DNA from: a virus
Lineage: Duplodnaviria > Caudoviricetes
DNA: 25,482 bases
IMG/VR virus record: IMGVR_UViG_3300030376_007365
Span: 1-25,482 of that record
Reading direction: 5' to 3' (one strand)
The notes below the pieces were generated by a model. The model searched no databases. It saw nothing but the letters and a program-made list of their open reading frames with translations, and was not told where the DNA came from. A program made the position numbers and the translations under genes. Positions within the stretch are counted from its first letter, which is position 1; each line of letters starts with the position of its first letter. This document shows positions 6,535 to 15,053 of the stretch, piece by piece.

Positions 6535-7508
6535 GCCACCTCCTTTTGATTAGCCCAACGCAAGGCATTGGAAAATTCATACATCGATATGGTCTGCCTG
6601 TTTCGGATCTTCCTAGTCTCAATGTTATGCTCCTTAATTATCTTGTAAACATAACTTCGACTGACACCGAACTTCTCGCTAGTCTTACTAATGGACAAGC
6701 GATTCTCTGTGAAAGGCGTGCCAAGATTTAATGTTTTAATATCATCCGAATAGCCCGGCCATACATCGGTACGCAAACATTCACCATAGATTTTAATCGC
6801 TTCAAGCACACGGGGTACTTCACGCTCAATATCATTGTTATCTATTGTGTAACATGCAGTTGCATATGGTGCAGACTTCTCGACAACCAAGAACACAAAC
6901 TGCTTGGGTCTTTCTCCCATTGCTCGTAGTCCAGTCATGTAGAATGCAGCTTGGAATGCATATCCAAATTGACGAACGCTTTTGGCAAATCCTTTCTCGC
7001 TTGCATCCATCGTAGTCTTTAAGTCCAACACGATACCACTATCCTTGTTGTACACGTCAGGACGGACTTTGCATGGTGTGCCTTCGATGTCGAAGAACCC
7101 GGTATGTTCAATCAGACTGTTTGCATCATACAACAGATTCTTTGCCATTGGATGTTGCAACACACTAGCAGCTACATCCATGCACATCACATAATCGGAT
7201 GGTGGTAACCATCGCTTGCCTGGGTTAGCATCCTCCATCTCTGCAAATGCTTCCTTGTATGCGTTCGTCCTGCTTGAGTTACCATCAATCTCTGCTGGTT
7301 TACATCCATACTCAGTATCAGTTAAGTGTGGTTCAAGCACTGCACTATGAATCATTCCACCATTCAATAGGGCAGGGCTACTTGGCGTGGGGAACTTCAT
7401 CGAATGCTTCACCTTGAGTGGGCAAGAGCCGAGCAATTGTCTTGCTCGACTCGAACCCAACGCTGGATCAGCATGATAAGCCTCGTTAGTTATGCCATCT
7501 CTAAGCAT
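6531..7508 (-). CDS. RecE/exonuclease VIII-like PD-(D/E)XK exonuclease with C-terminal HTH
   Basis: ITNEAYHA..ALGSS, GGMIHSAVLEP, CKVRPD, LDLKTT, YAFQAAFY and VWPGY motifs; likely start ATG 7508 with AGGAGG SD. Confidence 0.88.
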   Translation of the reverse strand: MLRDGITNEAYHADPALGSSRARQLLGSCPLKVKHSMKFPTPSSPALLNGGMIHSAVLEPHLTDTEYGCKPAEIDGNSSRTNAYKEAFAEMEDANPGKRWLPPSDYVMCMDVAASVLQHPMAKNLLYDANSLIEHTGFFDIEGTPCKVRPDVYNKDSGIVLDLKTTMDASEKGFAKSVRQFGYAFQAAFYMTGLRAMGERPKQFVFLVVEKSAPYATACYTIDNNDIEREVPRVLEAIKIYGECLRTDVWPGYSDDIKTLNLGTPFTENRLSISKTSEKFGVSRSYVYKIIKEHNIETRKIRNRQTISMYEFSNALRWANQKEVA

Positions 7509-7773
7509 CACCCACCTCCTCATCTTTAATTAAAACTACAGGAAAAGATGTTCTTTGTAGTTCATTAGAACCATTAGCAACCTTTGTGGTCATGGTAATA
7601 CTTTGGTTAATGCACTTTAACTCTGGATAAGTAAAATGCACTTTCCTTGGATCACCACCATCATGTAAATACTTGTGGATTAAGTGGCTAATATGTAGCA
7701 TGTCATCCACATTCTGTTTACTTTTCCTAAATGAGTACCTTACAGGCACTTGATGTATTTCTAATACCGCCAT
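7501..7773 (-). CDS. hypothetical protein, 90 aa
   Basis: TGATG-coupled to the SSB-like gene; fills the gap in the operon. Confidence 0.65.
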   Translation of the reverse strand: MAVLEIHQVPVRYSFRKSKQNVDDMLHISHLIHKYLHDGGDPRKVHFTYPELKCINQSITMTTKVANGSNELQRTSFPVVLIKDEEVGDA

Positions 7774-8351
7774 CAGAATGGTTCTCCATCTTCATCCACT
7801 TCAGCAGCGGGTGGTTCAAACTCTGCGAACGGATCTTCTCCATCAAACAATGCCGGAAGGTTAATCCTTTTCAGTTCTGCCTTCGCAATAGCTCGCAAAT
7901 CATCATCCAACTTTTTGATTGGTTTCGGATTCATGGCATAGGTTGTGTCCAGACCTTCACCATTTCGTACAACACTAATGTCGTACTTTCGGCAGTCACC
8001 CCAATCCTCATCGTTAGCAAGCTGAAGTAACTCTGCTTGTAGTTTTGTTTGTGTCATTTCTAGAATCTGCACTTTGCTCTCTGCATAATTGTAAACCACA
8101 AACGCATAAAAACTGCGTGGCTTATCCTCAAATGCCTGGGGTGCTTCTTCACCTTCTGCCCAACGGATCGGACGCTTCTTGCCATCCTCTACTGTCCAGC
8201 CTAACGTTCCACATATAAAGCCTGGAGTAGGCTTATCATCACTACTTCCGATAATTCGGAACTTATTATCTCCCTGCTGAAATCTCATATAGTTTCCAGC
8301 GCCACCACCACCTTCAGAAGGTGATTTTATATTACTAGGTAAGAATGCCAT
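7773..8351 (-). CDS. putative single-stranded DNA-binding protein (gp32-like)
   Basis: Aromatic beta-rich core (GDNKFRII...KYDISVVRNGEGLDTTY) and acidic tail ending DEDGEPF; next to the exonuclease. Confidence 0.7.
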   Translation of the reverse strand: MAFLPSNIKSPSEGGGGAGNYMRFQQGDNKFRIIGSSDDKPTPGFICGTLGWTVEDGKKRPIRWAEGEEAPQAFEDKPRSFYAFVVYNYAESKVQILEMTQTKLQAELLQLANDEDWGDCRKYDISVVRNGEGLDTTYAMNPKPIKKLDDDLRAIAKAELKRINLPALFDGEDPFAEFEPPAAEVDEDGEPF

Positions 8352-8370
8352 AATATTATTTATTTTATGT

Positions 8371-8407
8371 TTATTGTATTTTATTGTTGCTTATTGTATT
8401 TTGTCAT
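8371..8407. promoter_or_regulatory. divergent control region with three 10-bp-phased repeats and a candidate leftward promoter
   Basis: TTATTGTATT/TTATTGTTGC/TTATTGTATT at 8371, 8381 and 8391; minus-strand ATGACA-N18-TAAAAT (8407-8378). Confidence 0.55.
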
Positions 8408-8421
8408 GCTTTTAGAGATGC

Positions 8422-8631
8422 ATGAGCAAAACCCGTGAAAATCTAACTAAACCCTTGTCCCTACGCTTACACTCTGAAGTGCGTAAAACTATTAAGACCC
8501 TCAGTGAGGATACTGGTCTCCTCCAAGCCCAGCTTTACGACATGGTTCTTCGTGCAGCTTGTAAGACAATTTCTGATAATGGCATGAAGTTTGAGCTTCC
8601 GTTGAAGTTTGAGCTTCCAAAAAAGAAGTAA
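8422..8631 (+). CDS. ribbon-helix-helix (Arc/CopG-like) regulator, candidate repressor
   Basis: KPLSLRL strand followed by helix-G-helix; the only credible + strand gene after 2913; divergent from the replication operon. Confidence 0.7.
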   Translation: MSKTRENLTKPLSLRLHSEVRKTIKTLSEDTGLLQAQLYDMVLRAACKTISDNGMKFELPLKFELPKKK

Positions 8632-8746
8632 GTAATTCCTGCAAGTCTGCAATCTGTACGACACTAGGTCGGTCGGCAAATATCTCGACTGACCCATTTT
8701 CTTGTATGCGAAATTCTATACCATTATATACTGCTGTTGTTATCAT
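8501..8746 (-). CDS. hypothetical protein, 81 aa, convergently overlapping the RHH gene
   Basis: The first ~45 aa look globular and occupy otherwise empty sequence; no clear SD. Confidence 0.4.
   Translation of the reverse strand: MITTAVYNGIEFRIQENGSVEIFADRPSVVQIADLQELLTSFLEAQTSTEAQTSCHYQKLSYKLHEEPCRKAGLGGDQYPH
8585..8618 (+). repeat. 18-bp-period tandem duplication
   Basis: TGAAGTTTGAGCTTCC at 8585-8600 and 8603-8618. Confidence 0.9.
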
Positions 8747-8780
8747 AACTTTTTGTAGTTGAATGTAGTTTAAATTATTG

Positions 8781-8807
8781 TTTTTGCATATAAGTAATAT
8801 GCATAAA
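8781..8807. other. candidate tyrosine-recombinase core (att) site
   Basis: TTTTTGCATA-taagtaa-TATGCATAAA: 10-bp inverted arms with one mismatch and a 7-bp spacer, 10 bp beyond the integrase stop. Confidence 0.4.
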
Positions 8808-8817
8808 AGGTTTTTAA

Positions 8818-9816
8818 TTATGCGATCTTAGTCGCAGATATGGTAGGTAACCCACTGTATATTGCATCGGTCAATTTGGTATCCTTGTGACCTAACGCTT
8901 TACTTGCCGGATAAATTCCATTGCTTCGCATCAAACGATGTCCGCAATATTTCCTCAACAAGTGAACTGCAAATTTCTCTTTTACGCCACATTCTTCTTT
9001 TAAGAATTGTGCAAAACGTTCACGGATTTTTACCTGCGTGCAATTTAATATTAAATCATTGAAGTCACGCATCTCCATGATCTTGTCCCAGAATGTTGGA
9101 TCGCATGGTCTGTCCTGAAAGTCACCACCACTTTTAGGCTTATGAATACGAATGCATTTATTGCCTTCGACATCCTCGTATAAATCACTCCACTTCGCTC
9201 GCCTCATTTCAGAATTACGCAAGCCCAATCCATACGCAAGAAGGTACGCTTTGTAAAATATTGGCTTAGTTGCGCGGACTGATTCACACTTCTCGATAAT
9301 CACATTGATGTCATTGGTAGGTACAAATGACTTAACCGCTTTTTGTTTCACTATCATTGTTTGCCAATTGGCCATATGACTAGTCTCGATTCCTATCTCG
9401 TCATACCACTCGATCATGCCCCGGCTAAATAAGGACTTAGACAATTTTAATCTGTCCGCACCTTCTGGAAAGTTACGCAAAAAATGTTTAGGTAATGTCA
9501 ACCCACTCTCAGGATGCCTGCCACCCAGATACCTTGTATCGAGATCTAGGCTCATCTCTAATTTTTTTAATACATACTTAAATGCGTTCGCACAATTTCT
9601 CTGAGTTTCATACTTCGGCACTTTGAAGGAAGTGCTGCGACAATCTTTGTAAGCATAAATTAATTCACTTAGCAGGATTGTCCGTGCTTGTGGTTTCTCA
9701 TAATTCAGTACAATATTATTAGACATATTTTTTGGGGTATGTTGAAATATGCCCCTCTTGTCTAAATCTATTGTGTTTGTATGTAAAGTATTTATGTCTT
9801 TCTTGGTTAAGTGCAT
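8818..9816 (-). CDS. int: tyrosine recombinase / phage integrase
   Basis: Catalytic set GLRNSE (R), KPKSG (K), HLLR (HxxR), LGH and terminal Y (DAIY); the true start may be ATG 9726. Confidence 0.92.
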   Translation of the reverse strand: MHLTKKDINTLHTNTIDLDKRGIFQHTPKNMSNNIVLNYEKPQARTILLSELIYAYKDCRSTSFKVPKYETQRNCANAFKYVLKKLEMSLDLDTRYLGGRHPESGLTLPKHFLRNFPEGADRLKLSKSLFSRGMIEWYDEIGIETSHMANWQTMIVKQKAVKSFVPTNDINVIIEKCESVRATKPIFYKAYLLAYGLGLRNSEMRRAKWSDLYEDVEGNKCIRIHKPKSGGDFQDRPCDPTFWDKIMEMRDFNDLILNCTQVKIRERFAQFLKEECGVKEKFAVHLLRKYCGHRLMRSNGIYPASKALGHKDTKLTDAIYSGLPTISATKIA

Positions 9817-10003
9817 TTTTTTTGATTATATTTTTTTTGGTTTTCATTATCCCTTGCAAGTTCTATGATGAATTGCAAGTTATTGTCTAATTATCGCTAG
9901 TTAATATCCTTGATCTGACATCACAAAAAGCAAAAAATGTCTTAGTGTCAAATAAATTGTGTATTTTTTTTAAAATGATTAGGCAATGCTAGTAATGCAG
10001 ACC

Positions 10004-10027
10004 AAAAAAAGCCACCCGGAGGTGGCT
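10004..10027 (-). terminator. Rho-independent terminator
   Basis: Minus strand AGCCACC-TCCG-GGTGGCT followed by a T-tract, downstream of the virion operon. Confidence 0.85.
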
Positions 10028-10080
10028 AGGTGCTGACACTCCTGCCAGCTAACTCAAGGAATTACTACGTCCCTTTTGTA
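10004..10080 (-). ncRNA. candidate ~76-nt small RNA
   Basis: Bounded by a TTGACA-N17-TAAATT promoter and a terminator; folds into three consecutive hairpins. Confidence 0.4.
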
Positions 10081-10086
10081 AATACT

Positions 10087-10115
10087 AATTTAGTTTGAGT
10101 TATTTATTTTGTCAA
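10087..10115 (-). promoter_or_regulatory. sigma70-like promoter
   Basis: TTGACA (10115-10110), 17-bp spacer, TAAATT (10092-10087). Confidence 0.55.
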
Positions 10116-13100
10116 GTCCTCCAAGGTATTTCCAATAGACCATATCTAATGGAGTACCTTGTAACATTGCACCTTTGTATTCTTTGTCTCCGGCTATAGC
10201 ACTTATGTCTTGTGCTGCTCTATCAAACGCAGTTGTTGGTGGAAGTAATCCCTCAAGGAAAGCTTTGGCAGGCCCGTCTCTTTGTGCCTTCATTACTAAG
10301 TATCGATTGATACCAAGTAGTTTCCAAAGGTTGTTTTCTAGCAACTCGTCACGCTTTATTGGTCTACCATACAAAGTATCTTTAATCATGTCCGTACCTG
10401 CATTGGCAGCAGCAAAGACAGTTGCTAATCCAATCAAGCCTTTCATTCCTTTTGCAGCAGATTGTGCAGCAGCTTTCTTGTTGCCTTGGTCATACAACTC
10501 TTTTGCTTTTGCAATGTCTGCACCTGCTGCTTCTCTTGCCACATCAAATTGTTTTATAGTAAAAGTTTTAAGCATGTACATAATTCTTGCATTACCACTT
10601 TGGTTGTAAAACTTAGGCATCTCACCAAGTGTTGCAGGGTTAAGATCCAAGAACTTGTACCATATTAATTCCTCTACTGCTTTGGGTAATTGCTTGCTTG
10701 CTGGGTTGCTTTCTTGCAACTCCTTAACCATTTGTCCGGCGCGCTCACTACCAAATACAGGTGCAAGCTCATCACGCAATCCAGGTGCATCTCTCTTAGC
10801 TTGTGCCTTATACTTTCTCCATGATGCATTCATGGTAGTATTCTTTGCAAGTTGATCTAACTTTTTTAATCCAACTACAGTAAATACTTTATCAAGAGCT
10901 TTACTTAAACCATCCGTGCTTGTTGCGGAATCTATATTGTGATCTGCAAGGTTAAAGTATTTTACAAAATCAAAATTATCTTTCTGATTGAACAAGCTAC
11001 GAAATGTATTATCGAATCCATTAAAATGTATCGAGTATGCAAGGTCACCAAGCTGGGTTATTGCAGATCCGAAGTTACCCATCACTTGCATGTAGTTTAA
11101 ATTTTTTAAACCTTGTATGGCAGGACTTACAGTTTTGCCACTAAAGCGAGATTGTATAATGTCACGCAGTTTTTCAATATCCTCTGCTGTATATTTCTTA
11201 TCACCCTGCAACATTCTTTTTGCAACTTGCCCGGCAAGAGATTCATCAACTTCCATCTTCATGCCAAGGTCTGCCCCTATCTTATCTGTACTTCCTTCAA
11301 ATCCTACTTGCTTGCCTTGGTCTGATGGTTTTCCAAACAAGAATTTTTTACGCTCAGTTGCCATGACTGCACGCTCAATGTAATTCTTTAATGCATCTGC
11401 TGGATCTGCATAAGCATCGAGCATTTCATTATCAACCTTTTTGATACTTCTTGGTTTAAAGTTACCGGGTAATGCACCACCAGGTTGCATAGGAAAACCA
11501 CGTAATACTCTACTTGTTACTTCTGCTGCTTCTTCTGCTGGTATTAGATCAACAGATTCGTATTTATGTTTAACACGATAATCTTCAAGTGCCTGCTCTA
11601 CTTGATTTCTAGTATCACGAAAGTCATCATTATCATCTAAGAATTTCTTAAAAGACTTGTAGTCTTCTACCTGTCTTGGAAAGTAATCTTCTATATAACC
11701 AACTTCTATACCACCTTCCTCTCTTGCATAGTCCCTAACCTCGTTAAGTGCCTTGCGCATCTCATTAAGTTCTGACTTATCTGTAATACCCAAGTCATCA
11801 GTCATGCGAACTATGGCAACGTAGTCACCATTAAGTAAGTTTGTTTTAAACTCACGAAGTTTTTTCTTATCACCTTTTAGCCTTTTTGACATGGTGGTAA
11901 CAAACGGAGATACACGATCAAGAAATTGCCTGGTTGTTTTATTTATTAAACGTTCATGTTGTCTAAAGGCATCTGTAAGCATTGGACTTATGTTCTTTAA
12001 TTTGCGTGATAAAGGAACAAATGCATCACTTATAAAATCTTTTGCATCTGATGCTATTTTTTTAAATTGGTTTTGCCTAACATACATTGCTTTATCAGCA
12101 ACATCTTGTATCTTTTCTGCTTTAACTGCATCTGGCTCAACCTTTGTTGGATTTGTTTTAGCCTGTGCATTTGCTTTTTTAAATGCGGGTGTCTTGCGAA
12201 ACTTACGTAGTTGTCTAGCACCCATGCTTCCAAAAAGTAACGCCATTAACATAGGACTAAATCCTGCTTTCATTACATCACTCTCTTCATCTTGCGTAAG
12301 AGATCCAAGAGCCGCAGCACCTGTTGCAGCTACAGGTATTGCATAACCACGAGTCATACCTTGCTTAACATTTGTCAGCAATTTTTCATAATAACTTCCA
12401 AGTTTTTCTTCTGCCATCTTTTCAACTTTACTCATTGGATCTGCCTGTTTCATAGGACGATCCTTAAAAGTCATTGCTTTGGTTGGTTGGTCTGCACCAC
12501 CTTGGTTACCACGCATGGCAGATTGCAGGTCAAGCACACCTTCCATGTTATTGCGCTTAAGCACCATTCTTTTTTCAGCAGCTAACTTAGCACGCTGTTT
12601 ACCAGCACCTTTTCCTTTACCAAGTTTATGATCAAGTCTAGCTATACTCTCGTCAATCTCTTGCAATCTTTGACTATCTCCTAGACGTTGCACGCCAACT
12701 AACTTCTGTTTCGTTAAAGCACTTTCATTTTGTGCAATTAATGGCTTGAATATTTCATTCTGCTGGGCAAGTTCTTCATCAAATGCTTTTTGAATATCAT
12801 CCATTTGTTTGACTGCGTCATTAAATACAGGTTTATCTCCTAAAATACTTTGACTACCACTAGGTTTATTAAATGATGGTTTCGAAAACGCCTCTAATGC
12901 ACCTCGCTCCATTGATGGTGTATCAAATGACTTATCACCTAATAGTGGTCGTTTAGATATTGCACTTAGTGTTTCTTCTACTTCTTGAAGTAATTTACTT
13001 TCTGTAACTTGCAATATTTCTTCAGCAGCATTTTCTGGATTTTTAATAGATGTAAGCTCAGTTGTTTTTAACGTATCTATCAAAGGATTACCAACACTTG

Positions 13101-13695
13101 CATTCTCGATACCTCCTTTATCTTTAATATTAGAAGCAAGTGCATCCTTTACTTCTGGTCTTGTCATGCCAGGTTTTAAGTCCACTCCTGTACCATCACT
13201 TAAAAACTTAGCTTCCACCGCACCTAATCCACCACCAAACACACCACCAAAAAGTAGAGTACTTGCTATCTCTTCTTGAGTTGGCGCTCGACCTTCATCT
13301 ATGTATGTCCTAGCTGCAAGTTCACCTGTAGCTAATGCCGCACCCTGTGCGCCTCGTGTTGCAACTCTTCCTGCTGTACCCATACCAGCAAGCCTACCTA
13401 CAGGTACTGCACCAAATGCAGTTGCTGCTCCAAGTTCTCCTAATCCAACATCATCTTGCAAACCTCTGCCTATGCGATATTGCTGCGATAAATAATTACC
13501 TAATGCAGATCCACCTGCACCACCTGCCATTCCACCAAATACACCACCAAGTATTGCAGGAACAACTTCAAGACCAATGCTTGCAGCAGTTTCAAGACCT
13601 GTTGCCTCTTCTCGATATGGTTGCTCTGCTCCAACTATAAAATCGCCATAACCTTGATCCAAGGCTTCACCGATTGTCATTGTTTGAATAGCCAT
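10090..13695 (-). CDS. large internal virion/ejection protein, 1201 aa
   Basis: Last and largest of three helical proteins after the nozzle gene; Gly-rich hydrophobic segments near the N-terminus; podovirus synteny. Confidence 0.7.
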   Translation of the reverse strand: MAIQTMTIGEALDQGYGDFIVGAEQPYREEATGLETAASIGLEVVPAILGGVFGGMAGGAGGSALGNYLSQQYRIGRGLQDDVGLGELGAATAFGAVPVGRLAGMGTAGRVATRGAQGAALATGELAARTYIDEGRAPTQEEIASTLLFGGVFGGGLGAVEAKFLSDGTGVDLKPGMTRPEVKDALASNIKDKGGIENASVGNPLIDTLKTTELTSIKNPENAAEEILQVTESKLLQEVEETLSAISKRPLLGDKSFDTPSMERGALEAFSKPSFNKPSGSQSILGDKPVFNDAVKQMDDIQKAFDEELAQQNEIFKPLIAQNESALTKQKLVGVQRLGDSQRLQEIDESIARLDHKLGKGKGAGKQRAKLAAEKRMVLKRNNMEGVLDLQSAMRGNQGGADQPTKAMTFKDRPMKQADPMSKVEKMAEEKLGSYYEKLLTNVKQGMTRGYAIPVAATGAAALGSLTQDEESDVMKAGFSPMLMALLFGSMGARQLRKFRKTPAFKKANAQAKTNPTKVEPDAVKAEKIQDVADKAMYVRQNQFKKIASDAKDFISDAFVPLSRKLKNISPMLTDAFRQHERLINKTTRQFLDRVSPFVTTMSKRLKGDKKKLREFKTNLLNGDYVAIVRMTDDLGITDKSELNEMRKALNEVRDYAREEGGIEVGYIEDYFPRQVEDYKSFKKFLDDNDDFRDTRNQVEQALEDYRVKHKYESVDLIPAEEAAEVTSRVLRGFPMQPGGALPGNFKPRSIKKVDNEMLDAYADPADALKNYIERAVMATERKKFLFGKPSDQGKQVGFEGSTDKIGADLGMKMEVDESLAGQVAKRMLQGDKKYTAEDIEKLRDIIQSRFSGKTVSPAIQGLKNLNYMQVMGNFGSAITQLGDLAYSIHFNGFDNTFRSLFNQKDNFDFVKYFNLADHNIDSATSTDGLSKALDKVFTVVGLKKLDQLAKNTTMNASWRKYKAQAKRDAPGLRDELAPVFGSERAGQMVKELQESNPASKQLPKAVEELIWYKFLDLNPATLGEMPKFYNQSGNARIMYMLKTFTIKQFDVAREAAGADIAKAKELYDQGNKKAAAQSAAKGMKGLIGLATVFAAANAGTDMIKDTLYGRPIKRDELLENNLWKLLGINRYLVMKAQRDGPAKAFLEGLLPPTTAFDRAAQDISAIAGDKEYKGAMLQGTPLDMVYWKYLGGLDKINNSN

Positions 13696-15035
13696 TATTG
13701 TAAGTAAATATTTGAATTAGGATCGTTAAAAATATCTCTTCTTTGCTTTGCCCTTTCTGCTGCTTTTTTCCTACCAGCTTCAATGTTAGCCCTTACTGCC
13801 GGGATATTTTCAATAGATTGTTTTAAGGAGTAAGGTTCGGATTGGATACTTGCTTCATCAGGTACATTGACCTGCACCTGTTGTTCTCGTAAAAGATTTT
13901 GAGTTGATAACTCTAATGTTTTAAGTTGGGCATCTAAATCTCCTGCTAATCCCGTCAAAGGATACTTGTCAGAGTCTTCATTATGTAGTTCAAGGTATTC
14001 ACTAAACTTCACTCTTTTACCTTCACCAGGCACTTGAACATTTTGAGATAATAATGTCCCTTGCAATTCTGCAAGTGGTTTAAATTTTTCTTTAAAAGTG
14101 GGACTTGATTCATTTGCGGCAGTTATCAAATCTGCCATACCTTTATTCCGAATGTAACTTGCATAAGCTTTTGTATGCTCAAGTTTTGCTTTATTGGCTT
14201 CTGACAATGTCTTAAGGTCATCTGCCTTCATTTGAGCTAAACCTTCAATACCAACTATATCCATAAGTTGATTTTCAACATCTAGTTGCCTAGACTGAAC
14301 TCCTTGTTGTTTTAAAGTAAGACTTGTCTGACTAGGTAAACGCTGTTGGGTTGCTTCATCTTGCATTACAGAAGTTTCGTTGCGTGCAATAGTTGCTTCC
14401 GTTGTACTTGGAAGTACCTTTGCCTCGCTTGCCATTTTTGCACTTTCAAGTTCTCTCTTTTGATCACCAAGTAGTAAGTCTTTTCCTCTTTCTTTAAGTG
14501 TTAATAAAGCAACCCGTGTCTTCTCGTCTTTAATTGCTTTAAGCTCTTCTAAAGATATTTCACTTAATAAAGTACCTAACTCTTTTTGCTTGTTTCCTAA
14601 TTTTAGGTTTTCAACAGTAAGATCCTCAGTTCTTTTTGCTAATCCCAATGCTTGCTTTTGAGTTTCACGATTGAGCATTTGATTTTGCATTTGATTAGAT
14701 AATGTTACATTTTGCATCAACTGCTTACCTAGTTCTGTGCGCTCAGTTAGTGAGACATCAGGATTATTCAACTGCTCTTTCATTATAGCGTAACGATCAG
14801 CTTGCGCAGGATCTTGCTCAGAAAGCATATCAAGTAAATTGCTCTGCCCTTTTATGAAAGCTTGGTTCTTCTTCTGCTTCTCCTTATTAAGCCCATATTG
14901 CTGAATCATTCCTCCAATCTGTTGCCCCAAATTCGCAAACATTTGCCCTTGCGCACGTCCTGCCTCCATGATGGGTCGAGTATCGACCCGTGCCAGCGCT
15001 GATCCGTAATTTCCGCTAAAGAATGGTTTTGCCAT
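13695..15035 (-). CDS. internal virion/ejection protein, 446 aa
   Basis: Gln/Leu/Glu-rich coiled-coil character; middle gene of the ejection trio; AGGAG SD. Confidence 0.65.
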   Translation of the reverse strand: MAKPFFSGNYGSALARVDTRPIMEAGRAQGQMFANLGQQIGGMIQQYGLNKEKQKKNQAFIKGQSNLLDMLSEQDPAQADRYAIMKEQLNNPDVSLTERTELGKQLMQNVTLSNQMQNQMLNRETQKQALGLAKRTEDLTVENLKLGNKQKELGTLLSEISLEELKAIKDEKTRVALLTLKERGKDLLLGDQKRELESAKMASEAKVLPSTTEATIARNETSVMQDEATQQRLPSQTSLTLKQQGVQSRQLDVENQLMDIVGIEGLAQMKADDLKTLSEANKAKLEHTKAYASYIRNKGMADLITAANESSPTFKEKFKPLAELQGTLLSQNVQVPGEGKRVKFSEYLELHNEDSDKYPLTGLAGDLDAQLKTLELSTQNLLREQQVQVNVPDEASIQSEPYSLKQSIENIPAVRANIEAGRKKAAERAKQRRDIFNDPNSNIYLQ

Positions 15036-15053
15036 GATTATTTGTCTCCTATT

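Noticed and set aside
9853-9879. Inverted repeat CTTGCAA...TTGCAAG upstream of int
   Set aside because: The arms are largely self-palindromic and the 13-bp spacer does not fit a recombinase core; it may be an operator, but nothing supports that.
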